A DNA stretch of 64,000 bases from Girardia tigrina (Eukaryota). The first letter of the stretch is position 1. Each line of letters starts with the position of its first letter. Shown here piece after piece: positions 23,465 through 36,595 of the stretch. The notes below the pieces were generated by a model that saw only the letters and a list, made by a program, of their open reading frames with translations, made no database searches and was not told where the DNA came from. The stretch spans positions 1 through 64,000 of the forward strand of contig MQRK01196599.1 of the NCBI GenBank assembly GCA_001938485.1. The letters run 5' to 3'. The position numbers and the translations under genes are program-made.

Positions 23465-24033
23465 CGGATCAGGACGTTTACTCTCCTGAAAATTAGTCAC
23501 CAGAAAATTAGCCACCGGAAAATAAGTAACCCATCAATTAGTAGCGGGAAAATTATAAATCAAAAATTATCGAACAAGTTTTTTAATTAAAAAATGGAAT
23601 TTATTCAAGATCTTACATTTCTAAAATGTTTACCGTATTTTTTCTTGTTTGTTATTTGCATATCAATATTTTCTGTTTAAATATTAGTTTTTATTGGAGG
23701 TTTTAGTCAAATGACAGAATCCCAAAAGACGGAATTGAGATTTTTTATTTTAAAATGACTTTTTTATATAAAATTGAGAATGTTTCATTTTCTTTATTTT
23801 TATAAGTGTAAGGCATTTAAAATCTGAATTTTAATTGAAATAACTGATTTTAAAATAAAAAAAACTCTCAATTTAAAATGAAAACAACATAATACTACAT
23901 ATAGCGACGTTCGTAACATTTGAAATATTATTATATTATTTATTAAACATCCGGTGACTAAACATCTGGTGACTAATTTTCCAGTGACTAACTGTTCGGT
24001 GACTAACTGTCCAGCGACTAAACGTTACGTACC
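23465..24033. mobile_element. Non-autonomous MULE/Foldback-type element with 15-bp subterminal repeats
   Basis: Left arm (gaaaattagtcacca)n, right arm (ggtgactaaacatct)n in inverted orientation; 9-bp TSD aaatcatca at 23456-23464 and 24034-24042. Confidence 0.85.
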
Positions 24034-24701
24034 AAATCATCAAGCAACTTACATCAAATAAAATGTGCTGTATAATGTATGTGGTGATTTTTGCTTTCAT
24101 TTATGTCTATATATTTCTTGAAACTATTTTAATAAAGATATAAAAGATAGAATTGATGCACAGAGTAAAAAATATCTAATTAGCGTAAACTTTTTTGACC
24201 TATCTAAGCAAGTCGCAGTTTTTAAGATTAGGAAATAAACACAAAAAAACATTGATCATCCCCAATTGTATAATTTGAAAACACAAATTTTATTGATTTT
24301 TTAGCATTATCTGCGATCAAATTCGTAAAACGACAAAAAAATTGAATCAAATTTATTATAATTAAAACTAAACAATTGATTATTTTAATAAAACCTATCT
24401 ATATTCTATCTAAAAATTTTCTCCGTTTTATAAACTCTTTAATTGTTTCCGTTTTTGTCTGTTAATTATATTTTTCAGTTTTGTCTATTTCGAAAATATA
24501 TGAAAATTATTTCGTCACGCAAAATATTCCATTAATAACTTCTAATTACGATTATATTCAAGGACCCTTGAGATTCATCACAAGTCCACCAAGATGAGAC
24601 AAGAAAGAAATAATATTATTTAATTGCAACTTAGAAATATTAATTTTGTTGTTTATGGTAACAATGTTTAATATAATTTAAAAGTTGAAAAATGTAAAAA
24701 C

Positions 24702-25166
24702 AATTAAGAGCACCGTCACAATTACTATGTAAATAGTTATTAAAATCACATTTAGAGTCAGCACAACTCTCGGAAGATCATTCACCATTTGTCATCATTC
24801 TAATTAGTGACCTTTCTGAATTTTTCAGATTGATTATCATTTTAACTTTAAGATATTTATTAGAATTTTATAAAATAATTAAACTAATTAAAAAAATATT
24901 AAAACCTCAAAAAGCATTTAATTAAAAACATTAAACATGCTTATTTTAATTTTTGAAAAATGTAAATTATATTAGAAATAACCCTATGTTACTACTTTTT
25001 AAAATCAAATTTTATCAGATTATTAAATTTTCATTAATTTTAAAAATTTTAATTCTGTTCAAATGACTTTTCCATTTTCCAACTGGACGAGAGAGTCACC
25101 ATTCCAATTGCAGCACACTAAAATACGTACACCTTAAAACAAACGCAGTTTAAAATATTCCTCACA
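24702..25166 (-). mobile_element. Solo LTR of the TG...TA family (older)
   Basis: Ends aatattcctcaca on plus; core ccaactggacgagagagtcac; shares aatcacatttagagtca with 51810 and the reverse complement at 36855; flanks aaaac/aattc. Confidence 0.8.
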
Positions 25167-27176
25167 AATTCATGTACGAAAGAAGCAAATTTAGCCAAAA
25201 ATATAAAATATTTTTTTAAATCCAAAACATTTAGTGGATAACATAGATCAATCAACTAGATCTAGGTAAACTAAAGTGTGAGAATGGGCTGAGCAAGATA
25301 AACATTACTCTATCAGATCTATTTCACCCAAGAGATTCAGTCACCATCGAAAATGTCAATATTTTATTAAAATATCAAATTACTTTTGTTGAGAGTTAAA
25401 AATCAATAATTTAAAAATATTAATAATCATCATAGTATATATTTACTATTCAGTTATTGCCAATATCTTAGTGTTATCAACCCAATATAATAATAAAGTA
25501 ATAAATAATCATACAAGCATCTAGAAATTAATTAATTGATAAATTAACAATCTTTCATCATTTAAATGATTGTAATTGTTTGTTTAATTGTTATTTTTAG
25601 GACTATTATTGTTAATATATTTTGCCTTTACCATTTTTTATTTTTTACCTTTATGGTTATGCTTATGGTTACATTAANNNNNNNNNNNNNNNNNNNNNNN
25701 NNNNNNNNNNNNNNNNNNNNNNNNNNNNNNNNNNNNNNNNNNNNNNNNNNNNNNNNNNNNNNNNNNNNNNNNNNNNNNNNNNNNNNNNNNNNNNNNNNNN
25801 NNNNNNNNNNNNNNNNNNAAAAAACTAATGGTGTTTATTATTTTGCGATTAAGCCTCTTCTACTCGATGGAAGAGAGATATTTTGATTTTTTTTTGATAC
25901 TCGGTTTACTAAGACAATGTTTATTACACCTTAAACGTAAAACTATTAAAATAAAAATTAAAAAAAATTGTCTAAATTATTTTAAAATGAGGAATGTGAT
26001 TTTATTAAGAAGAATACGTTAATAATAAAAATTATCAATAACTCAGGGTTATCAACCAAATATATTAATAAAATAATAAATAAGCATTCCTCACACAAGC
26101 ATCCTGAAACTAATGAATTAATAGAAGCACAACTTTACTGATGTTCCTTTCATAAAGCCTCAAAGATTATTAGAATATGAAGCTATTTGAAAAAATAAAA
26201 TAATATGGTCATATTCTAGAAGGAAACACAACTTTGGAAATTTATACTCAAATTTTATATGAAAGATTAATACCTAATGTTATAATGTTAATGAATTTTT
26301 AATATGTATGATGATTCTCAGCCCCATCGTACATCACATTTTTTTTATTTTTTTCGGAAAAATTCGGTCACAGAATTATCATTTTAGATTATAAGTATAC
26401 TATATATATATAGGTATAATTATGAAAGTATTATTTATCATTTATTGAATTAATTATTTAAAATATATTTTTAATTACTTAAATGATAATGGTTATAAAA
26501 CACTATGATTTTTTTTATGAAAAAATAAGGATTTTTTATAAAAAACTATTTATTTTTTTTGTCAAAGGAAATAAATAAAATATATTCTATTGACTGTCTG
26601 ACACAATAAATCATGGTTAATTCAAACGATTAATTTGCATAAATAATGACAAAACCTTCATCAATTATTAATTAAACAAAAACAAATTTACTCAGAATTT
26701 GTTAAACCGATGGAAAAAAGTTTTACGAAATAAAATTAATATCAAAGAAAATTAGAATAAAACAATTTATTTATATTTAATTTAAAACAATTTTTTTCGG
26801 AAATTTTGTCTTCAAATAAAAAGTTTTGTAATTTTTTTATTTTATTCTAATAAAAAATATTTTATATATTATCATATATTTATATTGTTTTTGGTTTGAT
26901 GTGTTGGCTAAGATTGAGTTGATTGCATTGAGTGTGAGAAGTTTCATCTCAAATATTAACTTCTGGTTGGCTGTCAATTGTAATTTTCATCATATGCCAC
27001 CGTTACCTTGTAAAGTATAGGGCGATAGATTAAACATATCATTTTATCCAACGTCAAGTGATAGTTGTCAATGTTTGATTCATGAGAATGGAATTGATAG
27101 CATTTAATGTATTTTTTCATAATTTTTAAGACAAAATGAAATAAATTTGTTAATTTAATGATTTTTTAGTAAAATA

Positions 27177-28456
27177 TTAGGTTGATCGAAAAATAATGGC
27201 GGTTTTGGGACAAAAACTTGAAATACGTGCAAATTCACAGAAACAAAAGTTTATTAATCAAAGTATGAACCGTTGGCATCAATACATTTTTGCCAACGAG
27301 AAACAAGNNNNNNNNNNNNNNNNNNNNNNNNNNNNNNNNNNNNNNNNNNNNNNNNNNNNNNNNNNNNNNNNNNNNNNNNNNNNNNNNNNNNNNNNNNNNN
27401 NNNNNNNNNNNNNNNNNNNNNNNNNNNNNNNNNNNNNNNNNNNNNNNNNNNNNNNNNNNNNNNNNNNTGAATATGGTGGATGAAGCAGGGTTTCATAGCC
27501 CAACTCATTAAGCTTTTGAAGAGTCACTTTTGAAATATGAGGTTTAGCGTTATCATGAAGAAGGATGGGACTTTTTCGATTGACCAGTCTCGGACAAACG
27601 GTTTTCAATTTCTTATACATTTCATCAATGTCATGACAGTACCTCTCAGCTGTGATTGCTTCACCTGGATTCAAGAAACTATAGTGGATAATTCCAGCAT
27701 CACACCACCAAACTGTCACGGGGTGTTAGTTTCGGTTTTGGAAAGTGTTTCGGTACTTCATCTTTGTCCAACCACTGTGCAGATCGACGTCGGTTATCAT
27801 ACAGGATCCATTTCTCATCACAGGTAACAATACGATCAAGAAATGGATCGTTTTTATTGCGAAGATGATTGGCAGAACACATTTCATAGCGTCGGTTCTT
27901 TTAATTTTCGTTTAAATCAAGTGGAACCCATTTATCAAGTTTCTTGATTTTTCCAAGTTGTTTTAAATGATCCAAGACCGTTGAATGACTAATGCCCAAA
28001 CATCTGCAAGTTCTCTGATTGTTGTACGGGGATCTGTTTCCACCATTGTCCTCAAATTGTCGTTGTTCACAGCAACTGGACGACCACGACCTTCTTCATC
28101 TTCAAGGTTTTCATCTCCATCAGAAAATTTTCGGAACCATCGTTGCACTGTGAGCTCAGAAGCTGTTCCCTTGTCAAACACTTTATTGATATTGCGAGCC
28201 GTTTCTGCTGCTTTACAACCCAGTTTAAATTCAAACAAGAAAATTGCTCGAATTTGAATTTTTTCCATTATTAATTGAGCACCGTAAATATTCTAAAAAA
28301 TAACAGCAATATGTTAATAATGGTTATAGGAATATACAGCTAGGCATAATATTTCAAATAATATCTAACACTAATGCATTTAAACTTATATACATATCAA
28401 AGTAGATAAACAAAGTATAAAGCTCAAAAACCGCCATTATTTTTCGACCAACCTAA
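27177..28456 (-). mobile_element. Mariner transposon, cecropia/Hsmar1-like, full length but disabled
   Basis: TIRs ttaggttgatcgaaaaataatggcggtttt and aaaaccgccattattttcgaccaacctaa with TA TSDs; MEKIQIRAIFLFEFKLG, WVP, IVTCDEKW, LLHDNAKPH, HPPYS. Confidence 0.95.
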
Positions 28457-28515
28457 TAGTGTTCAATTACTCTAAATTCCCGTATAATGTGCTAGTTTAA
28501 TACATGAAGTGAATG

Positions 28516-28553
28516 GACCTGATGATGGGATTGCTATCCAGAAACGCTTCGTC
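28516..28553 (+). ncRNA. Degenerate minimal hammerhead ribozyme, same family as 3210-3250
   Basis: gac-ctgatga-t-gggat-tgct-atcca-gaaa-cgct-tc-gtc; mismatches at the base of stem II and in the stem III palindrome. Confidence 0.7.
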
Positions 28554-30581
28554 TTCTGTAAGTAACTAATAGTTCAACTTTTCCTGATGTTGATATGTTT
28601 TTGAATTTAATGATTTTTAATGATTTAATATTTAATGATTTTTAAGAATTTTACGTATTGTTGGGTTGTATAATTTGAAACGAGTATAAATGAGTATGAA
28701 TCTTTGTATCAGTTTAATAATAGAATATTCAAGTTATCTTCGTATGTCAAGATTACTTTAGTATCCTGGAGGAAATTATATATTTCTTGTATTTGATTCT
28801 GTAGGATTTGATTCTACTAAACTAATAATGATCACAGTCCATGTTGTTTTACCGATTTAATTTCAGTAAATCAGTTTGGTACGATTTAATATTGCATTAT
28901 TTTCATATTTTTTATTATAACTTGTAGCGAAATCATTTAATATCATCGATTTATTAATTTTAAAATTTTTTTAGTAATAATTTTTAATAATTAATAATCA
29001 TTTATTTTATTATTCCCCAACTCACTTTAGCGACAGATTAAAGGGCGGTCCTACAATATGGACTGTGAAAAGATAACATATTAATAGAGAATATGAAATT
29101 TTAATATATTTTTGTACTATGCTTCACTAAAGTATGTATTATTTTTTAAACGAAATAATTGAATTATTTCTAAATCGCGTGTTTTGCGATTAGAGTAAGT
29201 GTAGTAAAAAAATAAAAAATGATGACTTGAAAAACAAAAAGATGTTGACGAAAGAGATTAAGATTATCCATAAGATTAAGTAATGATTAAGAGATTCACA
29301 TTCATTGTAATCATTATATACATTAATTAATAACTTGTAAATTCGTATTGTCAGGACGTATGCAATAACATACGTAATGTAAATGTGTGATTATCTACTA
29401 GAAAGATGTGGCTATATCAGTCCATTCTATGCTGCGATCTTCTCTTATCCTCCTATCACTATTATTTTAGCTAAGTATTTTAAATTAATTGTATTTTATA
29501 AACATCTGCTACTAAAAACGAATTCAATCATTTTTACTCTATTTTTAGTTAATCAATATTTTCCCTCTGAATTCGGGATTCAAATATTGTCATTATTTGT
29601 ATTATCTTTGTGAGAAGTGGTTGCAACATCAATATCAGAATTCATTTTTTAACACAAAAATTAATAATATCACAACAATTCACATATTTAAACAATTTTT
29701 TTCTGTTAATTTAATTATCTCGCAACAAATTAATCTATTAAATTATTTCGAATAAATTTTAAAATCTTGCAAATTTATTAAATAATTTTCACATTAAAAC
29801 TAAAAAATTATTTAAAAATTTATTTCAAATTGTTTCATAACTTCTATTAAAATATAAAAATTGTTATGACTGTAAAAATATTTTTATTTATAAATAAATT
29901 TTTAGTATTTAATGGTTTTCTTATAATTTTTAATTTTAAGATATTTAATAGATGCATTAAAAAGATATTTTTTATTTTTAAATATATATTTATTTTTTTA
30001 TGATTTTCTTTTATTATATCATTTTTAATTTAAAAACATATTAAAAAAACATTAAAAACACATTAAAAACATATTTTATTTTTAAATACGTATTTGATTT
30101 GTTAATAGTTGCTTTATTATAAGATTTTTAATTTTATAATATTTAATAAGCATATTAACATTAAAATATTTTACTTTTTAAATTAAAAAAATAATAAATT
30201 ATTCTGACGAAATGCAAATTTAAATTAACCCCTCATAATCATTATTATAATTTATATTCGAATTCCGTGCATCTTATCTCAAAAACACCAGGTTCAAATT
30301 AAAAAACCTTTTCAAAATGAATGAAAATCTCTCAAATCATTTGTCGCATGATCTCTTGCCTTTTTATATGAAGTATCATATGTGTATAAATAATTAATTA
30401 AATATAAAACGTAAAAAAATCAATAATTAAAAAAAAGAATAAAAAATTTTTATAACTGAGAAAAACTCAGTATTTTTTATTTCAAATTGTCGATTTGATT
30501 TTGAGACATGTTACTTTTTATATATGTTAATTTACTACCTCCGTTGAGTGGGCAATTTCTCTCACCGATGTGTGTGGTGAG

Positions 30582-30985
30582 TATTAACAACACCAATATG
30601 AGTTTTCCAACATTTATTAATATCATTCACTATTTGAATTTTTCTTGATCAATATATTTCTGAATTCCGAATAATTATTTTCAATAAATTAAAATCTTTT
30701 AATAAAAATTATTAATTATAAAGAATATTATTAGTTAAAATTAAATTTAAACATTTTTAAAAAAGTATATATTAAATTAATATATTAAAATTTTAAATTA
30801 CATTAAAAATTAAATAATACATTCAAAAATTATTTTAAATCTTTTTACTTTAAAATTAAATTAAATTATTTTTAATTAGTAGGAATCAAAGAAAATACCA
30901 GTCATCCATCTGGGTAGGAGAGGCACATTCCGAATCAACATACAACATGCCCAATATAAACACACAATTCAAAACATTCCTCACA
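30582..30985 (-). mobile_element. Solo LTR of the TG...TA family
   Basis: 30835-30985 is highly similar to 21335-21487; other end tattaacaacacc; flanks gtgag/atgtg (3/5). Confidence 0.85.
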
Positions 30986-31695
30986 ATGTGGAAAATTATT
31001 CAAATGGGAAAATTTGATTGGTTGAGAGTAAAGAAAATGAAAGCAATTGGATTCGATTTTCATTCATTCGTTTTTTTGCTCGATAGAATTATTTTCTTTT
31101 ATGTCATTGTGGTCGAATTGAAGAGTGAAAAGTGTTTATCATTAGTCTGAATTGAAGTGTTTATTATTTTTGAATTGAAAAGTGAATCTGTCGAAATTGT
31201 TTTTATTCAAAGTGACTAAATTATTTATTGTAAAACAGTGACGAAATTTTCGGATTGTTTAAAAGGGTTGAAATTTGATAACAAAATTGTCGAATTATTT
31301 GAAAGATTCGAAATTCGATTTTGATAACGAAATTGTCTGATTTGTAAAAGTGTCGATTGAATTTCGTTGAATAATGTCCATTGAATTTTTGAAATGGGAC
31401 AATTTAATTTTTAAAAGCAAATTTATTTTGAATTTTCATTTTGAAAAACGTGTCTATTGATTTAATGACAACTTTTACTTTGAATTGAATTGTCATTTGA
31501 CATTGAAATTCTTTTTGGTTGAAAATTTTGTGCTATTGTTTGTTAATTTCCTATTTTTGAAAAAAAAGCTGTGATATCATTTTGAGAACATTTTTGAATT
31601 AACGATGATTTTACCTTTGAAAAATAAAACTATTATGAGTTCATTTTTTCAAAACAAATTCGTGACTTTTATACAACGGGCCCAGCACATTGATA

Positions 31696-31788
31696 CCGAG
31701 ATCGAGGCTTTATTCGAAAATCCATTGCGCGAGCCTGCTACCTCCTTCTGGTTCTCGGGGCAACCTGAAAGTCGGGTGGAACAATGTC
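31696..31788 (+). ncRNA. Candidate degenerate HDV-like ribozyme
   Basis: P1 ccgaga/tctcgg, P3 acc/ggt, L3 tccttct, GG then caac, P4 acctga/tcgggt; P2 is weak and the catalytic C is not evident. Confidence 0.45.
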
Positions 31789-31959
31789 TGTAAATTACAA
31801 TCTAATTTAAATATTAGGTCGTTAAGTATGAAATTTGTAGAATTAAAGTCAAAGTTTATTGTTAATTTACATATACAAATATTTATGTTATTAATCAAAG
31901 TATGCACTAATATTATCGACACACTTTTTGCATTTGAGCTAAAGCTTGTTCAGGTTATT

Positions 31960-32900
31960 TGAATAAAACTGTTGTGGACGAGAATCTATAAATTCCTACA
32001 ATCTATAAAAAGGCCATTTTAAAGGCATCTTCGGAATTTATTTTTCTTTCAATGAAAAAGTTGTTCAAATTGAGAAAGAAATGGAAGTCAGTTGTGTCTA
32101 GGTTTAATGAGTATGGATGATGATGCAGAAGTTACAACTCGAGTTCATGTGATTTCTCATTGACATGGAGCAAGATGATTGTCGACTTATTAAACAAAAT
32201 CGTCTGTTTTATTTTAAGTTTCGGCATCATTTCTTTCAATTGCTTACAAAATACATATGCTTTGATCGCCAAACCAGGCTTGAAGAAGTCATAATGTATA
32301 ACATCTGCAACAGACCACCAAACACTCATCATCAGCTTCTGTTGACAAATGTAGTGCTTTAGACTGCGTTTTGGTGCTTCATTTGTGTTTACTCAGCTTG
32401 ATTAATATTTGTGATTATTATATTAAATCAACTTTTCATCACAAGTAATGATACGATTCAAATTTCTTCACAATTATAACGAGAAAACATCATCAAGCAA
32501 GCATAAAAAAGCTTTTTCGTTTAGCTTTTCATTCGACTCATGTAGAATAAATTTATCAAACTTGTTCACTCTATCAATCTGAGAAACATAATTTAATATA
32601 GCTGGCTTTGTGATAAAAAAGTTAGCAGTAAATCATAAGGATTTGTTTATGGCTCCGACTCCCACGGTTACCTTCAGTTTGTCATTGCCTACCTGCGGTC
32701 CATGGGTACCCAGGGACTAGTGATTGAAGTAAAAATTATCTTTCACAAATTTCTTGCACTAATTTGAGACTACTTGCAGCATAGTAGCATTATATTTAAA
32801 TACACTATTGATGTTTCGTATTGTTTCTTATTCTGATGTTCCACGTAGGAACACGTACTTCATAATAGATCGAATCAGTCATTCTTTTTCAGTCGTTCCA
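31960..32900 (-). mobile_element. Decayed mariner transposase
   Basis: MMSVWWSVADVIHYDFFKPG, ILLHVNEKSH, HHPYSLNLDTTDFHFF. Confidence 0.85.
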
Positions 32901-35694
32901 TTTTATATTTCAATGATATTTGTAAAAAAAAATAATAATTCAGTAATTTTTGATTAATCTTTTCCTTAAAATATAATCTTTGTATTTTTTATTAAAAATA
33001 ACTTAGCACAATAGTTATAAACTCATAAATCATTTCATTAAAAATTTTTAAAATAAATATGATCTTCACAAATTAATTTATATATAAAGTTGTTAATGAA
33101 TGATAATAATAATAGTATGCTTTCAAACTTTTCTGGTGTCGTTTCATGATTTACACTAATCCTCACTCAGAAGGGTAATGCTTTCCCTTTCTTCAGCCTA
33201 CTAATCATTAGTAACTAATGTATTTTACATTAATGGTTTGCTTTCATGGGTTTAAATATTCTTCAGAGGACTTTTACAGAAATTCTTAACCAAAATTAAA
33301 GAAAACTTACAAATGTGGTACCCACGAACAGCCTTAAATCAAACTACTGCATCAAATGTAAGGCATTTGTATGAAGATATCCATATTGACGTCATTTTAA
33401 ATGGCATATGTAAAAATAATGGATCTGTTCTCAAAAAAAACTGTATGATAAAAAACTAATCTCTCTCAACTTCAGTCAATTTTATGCAACCAGATTCCTT
33501 ATTTCTAACAAGTATAATTTGAATGACAAAATACCAAAATGTAATAGTAAATGTAAAACAAGCAATTCAAATAAATATTCCACCTTTAAATTTGATGAAC
33601 TTGTTTTGAGATGTAACCGCAAAACAAATTTCAATTAATGAATAAAAAGTAAACAACGTGAATTTTTAATGATAAACATATAATTATTTCGTATAACCTT
33701 TAGAATAGAATTAGTAATTGTCCGATAAAATTACAATAACAAAGTAGTTAGTAACTCAGCGACGATAGTTTCAACACACCAATAATATTCAGTTGAAAAA
33801 ATTTGAAAAATATCGAGACCAAATCAAAAGTTGTAGCAACTCGTAAAAAAATAAATTTGCGTAGGTTGATCGGATAATTAATTGTTGTCCGTAAATTACT
33901 ACAGACGATTAATGTATTTATGAAAAATAAATCAATGAATCATTGATTTATTTCAAAATCTAAAATTCATATATTCCATATTACTATGGGCTATTTGAAT
34001 CTCGACGTTTTTATAAATTACTAATTTTATAATTGCAAATAAAAATCATAATTAATTAACTGGTCAACGAAAAATAAATCTCGACATGAAAAATAAAAAA
34101 TAAATACATAAATAATAAAAAAAACATAAATAAAATAAATAATTTTGGATGCAGAGACCATACAAAAATAAGAAATAAAATTACATGTCGTAAGAAGACA
34201 GTACAAGAGAAATGAAGGATAAATGAAAGAAAGAGTGGGATAAATTCACACTACAGCATAATTGTTCTTTTTGAATAAAAACTCCGAATATATTTTACAT
34301 AATACTGTAAAAATACAAAATAAAAAAAATGAAAACCTTAGGGTATTAATATAAATAAAAGCCATTTAAGAATACATGAAAAGAAATTGTTAAAGAATTT
34401 TAAGAAGTTGATTATTTTATGTTTCGGAAGAATATTTTTTCATCATTAGTAATTATATTTATTAGTTAATTATTTTAATGTTACTGTAAGCAGCGTTTAT
34501 GCCATTTTCATTATTCGGAATTTCAGGATTCCTATTTATCACAAAACTTCATTAATAAAAATAAAACACAATTATAAATAAAATTCTCATTAATCATTTC
34601 GCCCAAATTCCGTTTATTAAATTTTTGTATCAATTTAATTTTTAAAATTTACCTTAAAAATTATAAAATCTATTTTTAAATTATATTTATAAACTTTTAT
34701 CATAAAACTATAACGTTTTAATTTACAAAAAACACTTTATTTAAAAAATTATTTCTCAAAAATATTATAACTTTTAATCCGATGACAGTTACAACATAAG
34801 TCCAAAAATTTATTTTCTGCAACTGAAATAGTCCGCAAAGGAAGTTCTTCTTCCAAAAGATCTGCTTAATGATACAGTAAACAATTGAAAATAAGTTAAA
34901 GAGGATTTACAGAAATTCATTCAAAAAAACTTTAAAATATCTTTAGATGATTTTTTAAATAAATAATTGTCTTTTTCTTAATAACTTCATTATTAATCTG
35001 ACGATCATATAGATTTTAAATCCCTTCATTATCTGTATTAATTCACAATCTAAAGGAAATCGATTTCTAATTTTTTTCGGATTAATGAGGGTTGACTGTA
35101 TTTGTTTCCTTGTCTGGTCCGGATATTTATGAACCCAACCCATAGATTTTCTTTAAAATCAAAGTATATTTCAATGTATTGAAAACGTATTTTTTCAGTT
35201 TAAAAAGCGTTTAAAGTAAAAGTTAAATAAAAACAGATTCTTTTGACTGCTGTTCTTTATTCAGAATTTTTAAGTGTAAAATTTCGTAAATAAAAAACTA
35301 AATATGAAACAAATACTTTTTTACATTTTCTTTAGATTTTTCTTGATTTTTATTTTACAACTATTTTCAAGAAAGGAAATCTTTGAAGTTATATTTCGTT
35401 GCAAAATCAAAATGTTCTGAAAGAAACGAATTTAGTTTCAACAAGAAGTCTGCTATTAAAAAATTAAATTTCTTGTCATATATGCGAGGAATATTTTATA
35501 GTGTATGAATGTGTGAATGTAGTGTTTTATGTTTATTCGAGTATGTTGAACTAAGAATGATGACTCTCTCATCCAGATGAAATTTGGTATTTTTGTATTT
35601 ACAGTGATTGACTATTCGAACATAAATAAAATAATAATTGATAAGTTAAATTTTTTTTAAAATTAACAATTAAAATTAAATTTTTTTACATTAA

Positions 35695-36595
35695 GGATTA
35701 AATCAAATAGTAAGTTAGCAATTAAACTCTTTACAGCACTCCGAATAGTTTCTGTAATCCAAAATATAATAGAAATATTATTAAGGGTATAGTGCATAGA
35801 GTTCGGAGTTTAACTTCTTCTTTTGAAATTGTTTATAAGGAAATTGATACTCCGCATAGAAATAATGGTTATAATAAGAAATATTTAAATAACATCATTA
35901 AAAATACTGTAGAGTCAATTTATTTAAAATCAAAAGACAAAATTAAAAAAAAATTTGAATGCAACTGTTGATGAAATTAATTCAAAGAAATTTTATTCAA
36001 AAATTCCGTAATCTGAAGGCACTAGTGTTTAAGTAAAATGCTAATTTTAGAAAAACAGGCCCCAGTAGGGGTTACAATTAAACTATTGTTTCTAACTAAT
36101 AAAATTTCTAATTATTTTTCAAATAAATTTAAAACACAATTGTGTATGAAAGCAAATTTAGTTTACCAATATAAATGTCACAAGTGTGAATCCTTGTACA
36201 TTAGAGAGACAAATCGTCACCTCCGTACTAGAATTGCAGAACATACCCAATCAAATAGAAAAAGCTCAATTTTGGACCCCATAGTAAAATTTCGTGGAAC
36301 TCAAAGGAGGGTATTTGATAATGATTTTCGGGTTTTGATTAGTAACTTTGATCACTATTATGAAAGGACAATTACTGAAGCATTCTTGATAAAGTTTTGT
36401 AAACCTAGTTTAAATGTACAAAGTGATTCGTCCAATCATATTAGAGTATTTTGACGTAACACACTGTGATGTAATGGTCATCTTACTATATAAACAATAA
36501 CTTTCTAATTAAATTAAACAGAACTGAAGATGTCACAAAAGTGGCGAAACATGTTTTCTAATAAAAATTTAAAGTTAAAATGATGTTATTTGAGT
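35695..36595 (+). mobile_element. 5'-truncated Penelope-like element (RT thumb relic, GIY-YIG endonuclease, pLTR)
   Basis: KGIVHRVRSL, NNGY, then ORF 36038-36454 NLVYQYKCHKCESLYIRETNRHLRTRIAEH...EAFLIKFCKPSLNVQ; hammerhead in the 3' region. Confidence 0.9.
36520..36559 (+). ncRNA. Minimal type-I hammerhead ribozyme in the Penelope pLTR
   Basis: agaa-CUGAAGA-U-gucac(aaaa)guggc-GAAA-caug-UU-uucu; palindrome acatgt; stem I agaa/ttct; 65 nt after the GIY-YIG stop. Confidence 0.88.

Noticed and set aside
29200-29630. Possible solo LTR of another family ending gttgcaaca
   Set aside because: No matching TSD or second copy found
33135-33175. Hammerhead-like ctgagtga...gaaac on minus
   Set aside because: Insertion in the core, no NUH site and no stem I/III
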